64,000 bases of DNA from an uncultured virus (IMG/VR IMGVR_UViG_3300018424_000012) (taxonomy: Duplodnaviria > Heunggongvirae > Uroviricota > Caudoviricetes): IMG/VR virus record IMGVR_UViG_3300018424_000012; one strand, 5' to 3'. Every line of letters begins with the position of its first letter. The first letter of the stretch is position 1. The notes under the pieces were generated by a model. The model was not told the DNA's origin. It did no database searches and worked only from the letters and a program-made list of their open reading frames with translations. The translations under genes and the position numbers were made by a program. This document shows, piece after piece, positions 10,101 through 19,498 of the stretch.

Positions 10101-11726
10101 TTACCAATTTGTACTATCGACTACAACCCATCTGTCACCATCTGCATCGACAAAGGATTCGGCACCAGCGCCTTCTTCTTGACTTACAAAACCAAATGGT
10201 GTTAATTCATCTTCTATTGCTTGCATTTTCTCTTTATATAATTTTTGTCGTATATCATTCTCGGTTAATTCTTTGAAATACGGTTGTCCACTTAACCATG
10301 CAAACATCACCAAGCACATTGCTAAATCATCGTGACTACCTTCTTCTGCTTCGTAAGAACCTTTTCTTGCTACAAAAGTAGATAGTTCGTTGATAATATC
10401 GAAATCTTGAATTATCAACTTGTTTTCTTCTATTAGATTTTTGAGATTACTACAACCCAATCTTTTCAGTTGACCCGTAGTTCTAGCACCTAATGTGGTG
10501 CCTCCTCCAAAACCTCCTCCTAAAACTTGTCCTGCTCTACCTTTCCATGTGGTAGACAATAAGTTTTCGTATTCTATATCATTATTTAGAATATCCGCGA
10601 CTTGTTGACCTATATCATTTATCTCAACAAGTATATATGCATCGTTATAATGAGAACACATTCTATTAATAACAGTTGGATACATTAAAGGTGAAATTTC
10701 ATTTGAACGATACTTACATACAACTTTAAAAGGCATCTTTGTTACATCTAGTATCACAAACGCACTGTAGTCGATTCCTACGCCCCTTGAGACATCAACT
10801 GTGCAAATATATGTGTTACCTTCTTGTGCTTTTTCATATACTGTTACACCTTCTTTATCATATTCGGGTTGCTTGTATGCCATATTACGCAATGAATTAG
10901 GGTTGATAAGTGTATTACTTGACCCCAAGAACTGACATTCAAATTCTTGATCCCACTGTTCTTGAGAAGTATTTTTAATCGTTTCTTCTTTAAAGCGAAT
11001 ACCACGACCAGGAATATCATTCCACTCAACTTCAATAGTTGCATAATTACTACGTTTCTCTTCAGCATCAACCCACATCTTATAAAAATGGTTCATACCT
11101 TTAGGTGTAGAGACAACCATCACTTTTGTATTTTTACCAGAAGTAATTGTGGGATATACTGACCTAAAAAACTCTTCTGCTAGATTATTTGGAACGAATG
11201 CAAATTCGTCTAGAAATACTAGATTGAATGAACCACCACGAACCGCGCTAGATGATGTTGATGATGCAATAATTTTACTGTCATTCTCTAATACAATAGA
11301 ACCTTTGTTCCATTCTTTGATACCTTGCTGTAAGTAAGGCGGAAGTGCTTCATACGACATATGAATTTTTGCAAGCAAATCTCTTGCAAGGGAACCTTTG
11401 TTCGCAAGAATAGCACAGTTTACTGTTGGATTGAATAACGCAAACCACAGAATGTATGAACACACAGTAGTTGATTTACCTGACTGTCTAGGAATTTTAC
11501 ATATAGAAAATCTGTTCTTATGAAATGTTTTAATCATCTTCTTTTGAAACGAATACATTTCAAAAGGAATAAAACCTTCATCCAGATTAACAATCTTAAT
11601 ATACCTTTCGATAAAATATGATGGGTCCTTAGAACACTTTACATACTCTTCGATTTGTTCTGCAGTAAACTCTTGCTGAACATTAGTTTTTTTAAGATTA
11701 GGATTTCCTAGATAATTATCACTCAT
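10101..11726 (-). CDS. gp17: Terminase large subunit
   Basis: YLGNPNLK, PRQSGKST Walker A, LDEFAF Walker B, DVSRG, HDDLAM nuclease motifs. Confidence 0.99.
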   Translation of the reverse strand: MSDNYLGNPNLKKTNVQQEFTAEQIEEYVKCSKDPSYFIERYIKIVNLDEGFIPFEMYSFQKKMIKTFHKNRFSICKIPRQSGKSTTVCSYILWFALFNPTVNCAILANKGSLARDLLAKIHMSYEALPPYLQQGIKEWNKGSIVLENDSKIIASSTSSSAVRGGSFNLVFLDEFAFVPNNLAEEFFRSVYPTITSGKNTKVMVVSTPKGMNHFYKMWVDAEEKRSNYATIEVEWNDIPGRGIRFKEETIKNTSQEQWDQEFECQFLGSSNTLINPNSLRNMAYKQPEYDKEGVTVYEKAQEGNTYICTVDVSRGVGIDYSAFVILDVTKMPFKVVCKYRSNEISPLMYPTVINRMCSHYNDAYILVEINDIGQQVADILNNDIEYENLLSTTWKGRAGQVLGGGFGGGTTLGARTTGQLKRLGCSNLKNLIEENKLIIQDFDIINELSTFVARKGSYEAEEGSHDDLAMCLVMFAWLSGQPYFKELTENDIRQKLYKEKMQAIEDELTPFGFVSQEEGAGAESFVDADGDRWVVVDSTNW

Positions 11727-11976
11727 TTATAATCTTCTGTAATACCACTTCAAACTGGTCAATTTTTAGCGTACGGTTAGGCCAATAGATATAATCTTTT
11801 TCTGGATTCGCTTTTAGATTGTTCAGCAAAGGAACAACAGCGGCATATAGTTTTGATAATTTATCTTGTAGTTTCTGAACTTCTTCTGATGAAGATGTAG
11901 CAGTTTGTGCAAGTTGCTGAACTGCTTCTAGTTCATTCTCATCTACTGCGGTGAAACCAAAATCGAAATCACTCAT
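11719..11976 (-). CDS. Hypothetical protein between gp16 and gp17
   Basis: 85 aa, overlaps both neighbours; FDFGFTAVDE and NPEKDYIYWPNR. Confidence 0.7.
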   Translation of the reverse strand: MSDFDFGFTAVDENELEAVQQLAQTATSSSEEVQKLQDKLSKLYAAVVPLLNNLKANPEKDYIYWPNRTLKIDQFEVVLQKIINE

Positions 11977-12394
11977 GGTCGATTACCTTCTCCTCTTTCT
12001 CACCCTTGATTAGTTTCTGCAGTTCTGCAGTTGAACCAACGAATAGTGCATTAGTCACATTCTGAGGTGCTTTTTCGTCTACTTTGTTTAAGTCTTTCAT
12101 ATTTTTCTGTAGTCTCATCAAATCTTGAGTTACATCACTAACTGTTTTAATTAATTGACCTGCTACTTCATATGAACGAGGGTTCTCTGCTTCTCTTGCT
12201 AATTGAAGAATACCTTCGATTGCTGTATTACCCTTTTCGATGAGCATATGAAAGTTTTGTCGTGCAATTTCATAGTCTGCATCTGCATCTGCTTTATTAG
12301 GGTCAGGTGCTGGTAGATGGTCAGATGCTTGAACTTCTGTCGGTAACTGTTCTGCTATATCAAATACTCGATTTAATTTTTCATCAATACTCAT
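11969..12394 (-). CDS. gp16: Terminase small subunit
   Basis: DYEIARQN, PRSYEVAGQLIK, NALFVGSTAELQKL. Confidence 0.93.
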   Translation of the reverse strand: MSIDEKLNRVFDIAEQLPTEVQASDHLPAPDPNKADADADYEIARQNFHMLIEKGNTAIEGILQLAREAENPRSYEVAGQLIKTVSDVTQDLMRLQKNMKDLNKVDEKAPQNVTNALFVGSTAELQKLIKGEKEEKVIDHE

Positions 12395-12404
12395 ATCACA
12401 CTCC

Positions 12405-12776
12405 TTATAGTTGTGTGAATCCGCTTACCTTTTTCAAAGTAATCGTCACAGTTCCATCTTCAATAAAAACTCGTAAATCTTTACTTGGTTCTGCTGAAAG
12501 ACCAAGTTGTCCTGTATTTGTAATAGCACCTACTCCTGCTCCACTGAAAGTAAACACTGGTGTTAGATTTGGTTCAGTAACACGATAAATCTCAATGTCT
12601 CCCACATTATTGTCATAATCAATTTGTAGAATAATACACTCTGGATTTTCTGCAGTTTCATCTCTACCTAAAGTATCGACATCCATATCAAAATCAACTG
12701 AACCAGGAGTGAAGTCTCCCGATACTGCAAAAGTTGCTCTAGTTTCTGTAGTTGCTAATATTGTCTTAGTTGCCAT
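12405..12776 (-). CDS. Hypothetical beta-rich protein, probable virion component
   Basis: 123 aa in late operon; C-terminus LKKVSGF resembles LKKLTGY of 3587-3943. Confidence 0.6.
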   Translation of the reverse strand: MATKTILATTETRATFAVSGDFTPGSVDFDMDVDTLGRDETAENPECIILQIDYDNNVGDIEIYRVTEPNLTPVFTFSGAGVGAITNTGQLGLSAEPSKDLRVFIEDGTVTITLKKVSGFTQL

Positions 12777-12792
12777 TTTATAATCTCACTTA

Positions 12793-13569
12793 TTATGTTA
12801 CTGGATTATCAGTCCACGTTTCACTAAATCCAAAATCATCATCTGCATCTGCAGAAGTTGGGTCTGGAGTTGTCACCAATCTACTAGTAGGTGTAATTGA
12901 TGTTCCTATAGTAGGAGAGTTGTCTAAGAAAGCATCTGCTTGCACAGTCTTAATGATACCTTGCTCGGAAATAGGTCCATAGAAATTCATCTTTACAGTA
13001 AATGTCATAGTATATATGATACTTCTGCGAGAAGCAAAATCACCTTCATAATCATCCTCATATGTTAGACTTTCTAGTATAAGAGGAAAGTCATCTTTAA
13101 TACCCATCTCAGGAACAGCATTAATAGTTAAAGTATATGCTGGTGTGAAAAATGGTAATATTTGTTCAACAACTTGAAGTGCATCTTCTTGGTTTTTTGC
13201 CATAATAAACAGACTGAAATTCAAGTTGTAAGGTACAGATTGATATTGTCTTTTAATCTCTGTGCTAGTAGTACCAACTGTTTTACGAACATTCATTTTG
13301 TTTACTTTACGTTGACCATCATAATTAAATCCACTAATTTCAAAACCCATTCTTGGTAAAGTTAGTTGATGTGTATTTGTTAGTTGAGGATTTTCATATA
13401 GTCTAGCAAGAAATTTTTGTTTTGGTCCATATGCAAGAGGCACTTTCAGTGATTGTATTGCATTACCGTTTGCATCTTTTCTACGAATGTCGATATCATT
13501 GAATACGCTACCAAATGCGATAACACTTCTGCGAATTGTTTCATGATAAAAATGATTTTGTCCTAACAT
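12793..13569 (-). CDS. gp15: Tail sheath stabiliser/terminator
   Basis: FYHETIRR..IAFG..FN, VPLAYGPK.KFL, EQILPFF.P. Confidence 0.96.
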   Translation of the reverse strand: MLGQNHFYHETIRRSVIAFGSVFNDIDIRRKDANGNAIQSLKVPLAYGPKQKFLARLYENPQLTNTHQLTLPRMGFEISGFNYDGQRKVNKMNVRKTVGTTSTEIKRQYQSVPYNLNFSLFIMAKNQEDALQVVEQILPFFTPAYTLTINAVPEMGIKDDFPLILESLTYEDDYEGDFASRRSIIYTMTFTVKMNFYGPISEQGIIKTVQADAFLDNSPTIGTSITPTSRLVTTPDPTSADADDDFGFSETWTDNPVT

Positions 13570-14351
13570 TATCTTTGTACCTCACCAAATGGATTGCTTG
13601 TGCTAAAGTCTATGATATCTTCTGCATTCAAACTAAAGTCGTTGTTTCTTGAAAGAGGTTCAATACTTGCACCAATTGTTGTCGCATTAGTTGTTGTTGA
13701 AAGTGTATAATCTTCTTTGATAATCTTAAATCCATTTTCAAGCAACAATGAACCTGAACTATCTTCAAGTGATATTTCATAGTTAAACATGTCAGTTGAA
13801 CGTGCATCTTCAATAGCATCAATCGCTGATACACCAGTATCAATCTTCTCTGAACTGTATACAAATCTTTCAACATCTAATCTGTATGTGTAGATATTAT
13901 TTGCTTGATAGAAAATATTCTCATGTTCAACAAATGTGATTTCAAATAAACCTTTTGTCATAGGAAAGTATAGTAAGTCACCTTCGTTTGGTCTGCCTTC
14001 TACAATTAAAGATGCGTTATCATCAACTGCAGTAGACCAACGTGATTTAACAACAACAAAACTTGCCCTGTCTCGTATCTCAACACCAAATTTCGACAAG
14101 AAGTCACCTTCACCCTCAAATCCATCTACTGATTGTAGATACATCTCTATAGAGTGTGCAGACGTAAATTTAGATAACTCATCTTCATTGAAGATTGTGT
14201 CTACGTTTACTAATGTGCGAGGAATGTAATAGATGTCAAAACCATAAATCTTAATTGCTTCTGTATAAAGATTTTCAATTAGGGTTTGCTCTAAAGAATA
14301 ACCTGTACTATCTAATCCGCCGCCTTGGTCGAAATACGCATTAAGTGCCAT
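13569..14351 (-). CDS. gp14: Neck protein
   Basis: YYIPR, FLSKFG, RPNEGDLLYFP, DFS.SNPFG. Confidence 0.95.
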   Translation of the reverse strand: MALNAYFDQGGGLDSTGYSLEQTLIENLYTEAIKIYGFDIYYIPRTLVNVDTIFNEDELSKFTSAHSIEMYLQSVDGFEGEGDFLSKFGVEIRDRASFVVVKSRWSTAVDDNASLIVEGRPNEGDLLYFPMTKGLFEITFVEHENIFYQANNIYTYRLDVERFVYSSEKIDTGVSAIDAIEDARSTDMFNYEISLEDSSGSLLLENGFKIIKEDYTLSTTTNATTIGASIEPLSRNNDFSLNAEDIIDFSTSNPFGEVQR

Positions 14352-14355
14352 GTAA

Positions 14356-15297
14356 TCATCCTACCATCATGTCAACTGGTAATTCATATCTGAGTGACAT
14401 TTCTTCTTCGATTTTTGCAATCTCTTCCATTGCTTCTTGCATAATACGAACACCATCAAGTGTTACACCACCTGGCATTTGTACTCCAGCAAATTTACTT
14501 AGATTGTTACCCCATTGCAATTTGATTAGTGCGGTAAGATATTTCTTTAAGAACATATCGTTATACACATCAGCATAAGTTGCAGGGTCTAAAATTCTAT
14601 ATGCTTCAAATACAAGATACTCATCTGCTTTAATATCATTGTTCCAGTCCATGTCTACAAAAATTCTATCAGAATGACGATTAAATCTAATTGGTTTTTC
14701 ACCAACTAAAAGTTCATCAATTAACGATAGATGTTGCTGTATCATGTTATAGTATAGCACAGATGTACTTGCTAAGTCAAATAATTCATTTAATCTTAGT
14801 TGATAGCGAACATCAAACATATCTATCTGTGTGTTATTTGTGAAAGGAAATACTCGTTCTACTCCTGTAATAGCATCAGTTACAGGAACATAACCGTTCT
14901 TAATATCACCTACTGTGATTGCTGTGATTGTATCTGTCGCTGATGATGATGCACCTGTAATTGCTTCAGTAGTCAAATCACCAACTTCTTTATAAAGTCT
15001 TAGTGTAGTTGATGTTGGAGCATCATATATGTAAGCGACTGCACTAGATGTGCCTCCAGTAATTTTCTCGCCAATAGTAAATTGCGAGGAATCTGAAACT
15101 GTTATTGTTGTTGCTGTTACTTTGTGCTTGAGATATGTTTTCTCTACACCGTCAAAGTGATATTCTTGAAAGAACTGAATTGCTTCATCTGTTCTATCAT
15201 CTATCTGGTCAGTTGACACATTAATATCAATGACGCCTTTACCTAGACGGCGCAAGCAATATTCTTGTAACTCGCTTCTGCTTGTTGGGTTCGCCAT
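14356..15297 (-). CDS. gp13: Neck protein
   Basis: YCLRRLG, EYHFDG, QWGNNLSKF.GVQMPGGVTLDG. Confidence 0.96.
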   Translation of the reverse strand: MANPTSRSELQEYCLRRLGKGVIDINVSTDQIDDRTDEAIQFFQEYHFDGVEKTYLKHKVTATTITVSDSSQFTIGEKITGGTSSAVAYIYDAPTSTTLRLYKEVGDLTTEAITGASSSATDTITAITVGDIKNGYVPVTDAITGVERVFPFTNNTQIDMFDVRYQLRLNELFDLASTSVLYYNMIQQHLSLIDELLVGEKPIRFNRHSDRIFVDMDWNNDIKADEYLVFEAYRILDPATYADVYNDMFLKKYLTALIKLQWGNNLSKFAGVQMPGGVTLDGVRIMQEAMEEIAKIEEEMSLRYELPVDMMVG

Positions 15298-15303
15298 AAA
15301 AAA

Positions 15304-15343
15304 TCTCCAAGGTATGTTCTTATTAGTATTTATACCTTGGAGA
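15304..15343 (-). promoter_or_regulatory. Late promoter inside a 12-bp inverted repeat covering the gp13 RBS
   Basis: TCTCCAAGGTAT (15304-15315) / ATACCTTGGAGA (15332-15343); TATAAATA at 15327-15334. Confidence 0.75.
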
Positions 15344-15376
15344 AAATAGAGTTTAAAATTTTGACGTTTTTTATTG

Positions 15377-15772
15377 TTATGCTAGAACTGCTTCAACTTC
15401 TCCATGTTGTTTTGAGTTTGTTGTAATAGCAAGTGCTTTCACATTTTCAAACGAGGCGGCGTTATCTGTTGTCAACATTCCTTTATAATCAGATAATACT
15501 AGAGTATCACCCTTTGCTACAGTACCACGAACTTTGACAATACAACGACCAGACATTGCTACATATGGATTATTAGTTCTATCTAGTGAATAGACAACAC
15601 CAAATGCTTTGTTGTCGGATGCACCTGTTGTAACTGCAATTTCATAATCTCCTGAAGTTGCAAGTCTCACAAAGGTTCCTACTGACAATAAATTGGCAGG
15701 ATCAACAGTAAATCTTTCTGCAAAGTCTGATACTTCTCTTTGTAGGATTAATCTTCCGTTTTTAATTGGCAT
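15377..15772 (-). CDS. Stand-alone fibre C-terminal-type beta domain
   Basis: DFAERF, GVV, VAMSGRCIVKV.G.V.KGD.LV pattern usually seen at the ends of phage fibres. Confidence 0.5.
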   Translation of the reverse strand: MPIKNGRLILQREVSDFAERFTVDPANLLSVGTFVRLATSGDYEIAVTTGASDNKAFGVVYSLDRTNNPYVAMSGRCIVKVRGTVAKGDTLVLSDYKGMLTTDNAASFENVKALAITTNSKQHGEVEAVLA

Positions 15773-15783
15773 ATCTTATCTCC

Positions 15784-16650
15784 CTACTCTTCTGATGCAT
15801 CAGTAGCATTTACGTCAATACCTGCCGCTTCTAATTGTGCCGCTTTAGCATCAACATCAGCGAGAGTGACAGTTGTATCTACGCGCTCTTCTTTCCCCAT
15901 ACCTCTTACAGCAATAACTTTTTCAATTCTTTCTTCAAGTGAAAGTTTTGTTGATAGAGGTAATGCATCTGCCGCTTCAAGATGAGGATTAAATGCAATC
16001 TTCTTTGCAGTTTCTTCATCAATGTCTCTAAGAATATCTTCTGGAGAATTAGGCATAATTCTCATATACTCTTCTGACTGAACCATCCAGTGCTTGTTTT
16101 CTGGTTTAGGAAAACGCTTCTTAACAGCAAGTCTTCTTGCTTGTAGTGCGTTCACGCCTTCATCATTACCTTCCATGATGTATTCCCACAATGCTCTAAT
16201 CATCGCATCTTCTCTTGGATAGTTTGCCGCTCTCAAATCAATGTATGCTTGCTGGTCAAGAATATCTTGAACATAAGGACGCATCTTTGTCAATTCTGCA
16301 AATGTTGGTTTAGGTAGTGGATTATCTTCATCCCATTCTAGTGCTTCAACCGCACCAGGATGTAATCCGCTGTCTGCTACATTCCAATCTGCTCCTGGCA
16401 CTGTATTAAGTGACCATTCACATGTTGGATATAGAATATTTAATATAACTGAGAGATTATCTGCTCTGCGAATTCTAGAATGATATTCTGTTAAGATTGC
16501 TTGCTCTTCATCAGTAGCAACCAAACCCATAGCACCTTTTTCCATAATTGCTTCGATTTCATCTCTAGTAGGAGGACCTTTTCTAATCAGTTCATCTACT
16601 GATTTTGGTCCTGCAGTTTTTCTCACTGCGGTTACTAAATCGTCTGCCAT
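15784..16650 (-). CDS. Putative tail fibre assembly/chaperone protein
   Basis: LYP..EW, W...P.PKPT..EL, Y...RA.NYP, VKKRFPKP pattern of small fibre-associated proteins, with long extensions; follows the paralog array. Confidence 0.5.
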   Translation of the reverse strand: MADDLVTAVRKTAGPKSVDELIRKGPPTRDEIEAIMEKGAMGLVATDEEQAILTEYHSRIRRADNLSVILNILYPTCEWSLNTVPGADWNVADSGLHPGAVEALEWDEDNPLPKPTFAELTKMRPYVQDILDQQAYIDLRAANYPREDAMIRALWEYIMEGNDEGVNALQARRLAVKKRFPKPENKHWMVQSEEYMRIMPNSPEDILRDIDEETAKKIAFNPHLEAADALPLSTKLSLEERIEKVIAVRGMGKEERVDTTVTLADVDAKAAQLEAAGIDVNATDASEE

Positions 16651-16690
16651 TTTTTTAAACTCCTGTTAAAATTTTATTAGATAACATCTA

Positions 16691-16708
16691 TATTTATATC
16701 TATTTATA
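16691..16708 (-). promoter_or_regulatory. Tandem late promoters
   Basis: Two TATAAATA boxes, 16691-16698 and 16701-16708. Confidence 0.7.
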
Positions 16709-16709
16709 A

Positions 16710-17276
16710 TTAAACACCATCAAAGGTTACTGAACCTGATTGCACTCCATCTTCTGCTATTGCAATTTCTTTTGCAATCATAAAAAAGTCTCTTACCTCA
16801 AAATCTCTATCATTATTATTATTCTTAACTCTCACATCAAATGTAATTTGATTTGTTGACCTAGGTATATATGCATGATTGATTCCAATTGCACTTCTAA
16901 AGTTTCTAGAATGACCTAATCTTCTAGTTGGAGCAATTCTATCGTTTCTTCCACCACTATGTGAATATTCATTACCATAAGGTTGTAATCCATTATATCC
17001 AGATTGTTCATATTCCATTTCTCCGTTTGCAAATAATGCTGACGAATATCGGTCACTTGAGTTGTCTGTACTGCTACTGTCACCTAATGTAAAAGAACAA
17101 TTTATCTCCACAATACTTTCTGGATATTGTGGAGTTATAAGTAAAGTTTTATTATTAATAATAGCATATGAGTTTGAACTTGAACTATGAGTCCAAGCAC
17201 CTTCATTTTCAACAAATTTAAATTGAACTAATAGAGAACCCTTAACTGCTCTTTTTGTAATTTTTTGAAGTGCCAT
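16710..17276 (-). CDS. Fibre-associated beta-sandwich protein, paralog 5 of 5
   Basis: MAL.K.TK..V.G start, ITPQY, MIAKEIA. Confidence 0.65.
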   Translation of the reverse strand: MALQKITKRAVKGSLLVQFKFVENEGAWTHSSSSNSYAIINNKTLLITPQYPESIVEINCSFTLGDSSSTDNSSDRYSSALFANGEMEYEQSGYNGLQPYGNEYSHSGGRNDRIAPTRRLGHSRNFRSAIGINHAYIPRSTNQITFDVRVKNNNNDRDFEVRDFFMIAKEIAIAEDGVQSGSVTFDGV

Positions 17277-17303
17277 ACTATAATCCCTTGTAGATTGTAT
17301 ACT

Positions 17304-17846
17304 CTACTGGGCGCCAGATGTTGCTAATCCAATAGAAATTTCCTTTGCAATAAAAAAGAAGTCACGAATACGAATACTTCTCGTTGTACTATTTTTTACG
17401 CGAATATCCATATCTAGTTCATTTGTAGTCGCAGGAGTATAAGCATGATTGATGCCCATAGCGGCAGTAAAGTTCGTTACATGACCATGTCTTCTTGATG
17501 GTGCTGTTCTATCGTTTCTTCCACCAGTATGAGAATGGTCATTACCATAAGGGTTTACACCTCTAATTCCGGTTTCTTCATATTCATTACTTCCATTCAC
17601 AAACAATGCACAAGAAAAACTGTCAGTAATGTTCTGACTATCAGAAATATCTCTAGATGTCATGCTTGCTTGATTTTCAATAATGGAATCCGCATATTGT
17701 GGTGTCATTAGAATATTCTTACCATTAATTTCTGTGTATGTATCTTGTGATGCTGTTAAGTCCCAATCGCCCGCGTTTTCAGTATACTTAAATTGGACTA
17801 AGAGAGACCCATGTACGATATGTTTTGTTACTCTTGTTAATGCCAT
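17304..17846 (-). CDS. Fibre-associated protein, paralog 4 of 5
   Basis: Shares SH.GGRNDR.AP.RR.GH with paralog 5. Confidence 0.65.
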   Translation of the reverse strand: MALTRVTKHIVHGSLLVQFKYTENAGDWDLTASQDTYTEINGKNILMTPQYADSIIENQASMTSRDISDSQNITDSFSCALFVNGSNEYEETGIRGVNPYGNDHSHTGGRNDRTAPSRRHGHVTNFTAAMGINHAYTPATTNELDMDIRVKNSTTRSIRIRDFFFIAKEISIGLATSGAQ

Positions 17847-17857
17847 TTTTTTCCCTC

Positions 17858-18388
17858 TTACGTTAAGTTGTAATGCTCGCCAGCAATCTCAGAAATTGTC
17901 AGAAATCCTTCAGCAAAAGTAATTGAAGGACCATCGTTCTCGACTGCTACCATACACTGTACAGACTGTGCGTTAGTTGATCCTGGAGCATGAATATGGT
18001 TCATGTAGATTGCTGATCCAAAACCATAGTGTCTCCAATTCTGGCGACCATTACCCTCACCAAACTGTTGATTTTGATGACTATGCCCACCTGCCCTGTT
18101 AGGATTGTTTCCTATAATACCTCTATAAAAATATTCATCAGAACCATTAACAGTAAACTTTGCCGCGCCAGAATGATATCCGGTAGTAATTCCAGAGGAG
18201 TTTTGATATGCCGAACCAGTACATACTATTTCTAAGTGACTATCAGAGTATTGTGGCGTCACAGATGAAGCACTGCCCCAATTCTCGTATGTTGAACTGG
18301 TCTGTGTTTTATCTGATAAATCTGCTCCGTAGTGTGCTATTAGAACCGATCCATACACAATGTGTTTTGTTACTTTTGTTAATGCCAT
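17858..18388 (-). CDS. Fibre-associated protein, paralog 3 of 5
   Basis: Shares HSHQNQQ.GE.NGRQN with paralog 2. Confidence 0.65.
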   Translation of the reverse strand: MALTKVTKHIVYGSVLIAHYGADLSDKTQTSSTYENWGSASSVTPQYSDSHLEIVCTGSAYQNSSGITTGYHSGAAKFTVNGSDEYFYRGIIGNNPNRAGGHSHQNQQFGEGNGRQNWRHYGFGSAIYMNHIHAPGSTNAQSVQCMVAVENDGPSITFAEGFLTISEIAGEHYNLT

Positions 18389-18413
18389 TTTTTAACCCTT
18401 TATCTATATCTAT

Positions 18414-18938
18414 TTATGTAAGATTATATCCTTCACTTGCAAGTTCGGTTACAGTCATAAATCCTTCAGCAAATGTTACATTTAGTGAGTTACTAGTTGC
18501 AACTTCACATTGAAAAGTTTGTTCATTGGTGGTTCCTGGTTGATGTATATGATTTACATAAATTGCAGTTCCGCTTCCATAAATTCTAAAATTCTGGCGA
18601 CCATTATTCTCACCATACTGTTGGTTTTGATGGGAGTGGTCACCACTGTATTGCTGATATCCACCAATCAAATTATCTAACATATACTCTTCTTGTCCAT
18701 TTATCATTATTCTAAGTCTACCATAACTAGTTCCAGACGGCATGTTTGATCCAATTCTTGCGCTACCAGTTAGAATAATTTCTAAAAAACTATCACTAAA
18801 CTGTGGCGTTAAAATAACAGAATCGCCCCATGAAGCAAATGTTGAACTAGACGTACTTTTATCCGATAAATCTGCTCCGTAGTGCGCTACAAGAACCGAT
18901 CCAAATACAACTGTTTTTTTTACTTTTCTCAGCACCAT
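18414..18938 (-). CDS. Fibre-associated protein, paralog 2 of 5
   Basis: AHYGADLSDK, LTPQFSDS, FAEGF. Confidence 0.65.
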   Translation of the reverse strand: MVLRKVKKTVVFGSVLVAHYGADLSDKSTSSSTFASWGDSVILTPQFSDSFLEIILTGSARIGSNMPSGTSYGRLRIMINGQEEYMLDNLIGGYQQYSGDHSHQNQQYGENNGRQNFRIYGSGTAIYVNHIHQPGTTNEQTFQCEVATSNSLNVTFAEGFMTVTELASEGYNLT

Positions 18939-18958
18939 TATATTAAATCTCTCACCCT

Positions 18959-19486
18959 TTAGTTTACATAGTTATTAGAAGGAGTACCTGTTGTGATACC
19001 ACCTGCAACTTCTTTCACCATTAAAAATCCGTCTCTACCTTCTAAGTTTCCTCCAGCATTATTGTTATCTCTCTGAACTTGTACAGTTGCAGTCTGTTGA
19101 TTTGTAGTTCCAGGTAAATGTCTATGATACATATTCACTGATTTACCTTCTCTACGACCAGCGGCGCTATTATATGACCTATCGAATACTGAAACTGAAG
19201 CGGCATCATTAACTGTATATTCTGTACTTCCATTTATTTCTAGAAATAAATGACATCTAGGACTATCGTAAGTACCATCATTCGGCGCAGAACTGTCTGC
19301 TTGATTTGACATAGTTCCGCTCATACGAACTTCCATAATCGAATCGGCGTACTCAGGTGTCAATGTGATACTATCCCAGTCCACCACACTCGTGGATGAT
19401 GAATCCACATCACCCATATCTTTATAACGAACTTGAACGATAGTCGCTCCATATACAATGTGTTTAGTTAATTTTGTCAGTGCCAT
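18959..19486 (-). CDS. Fibre-associated protein, paralog 1 of 5
   Basis: MALTKLTKHIVYG, LTPEYADS, H.PGTTNQQT, LMVKEVA. Confidence 0.65.
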   Translation of the reverse strand: MALTKLTKHIVYGATIVQVRYKDMGDVDSSSTSVVDWDSITLTPEYADSIMEVRMSGTMSNQADSSAPNDGTYDSPRCHLFLEINGSTEYTVNDAASVSVFDRSYNSAAGRREGKSVNMYHRHLPGTTNQQTATVQVQRDNNNAGGNLEGRDGFLMVKEVAGGITTGTPSNNYVN

Positions 19487-19498
19487 TTTTATTACCCT

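Noticed and set aside
10101..11726. Intein or intron in terminase or other core genes
   Set aside because: gp17, gp20, gp18 and gp23 have ordinary lengths with contiguous motifs
16710..19486. Diversity-generating retroelement or shufflon
   Set aside because: No reverse transcriptase or invertase in the window, no adenine-specific template/variable pair, and all genes are co-oriented
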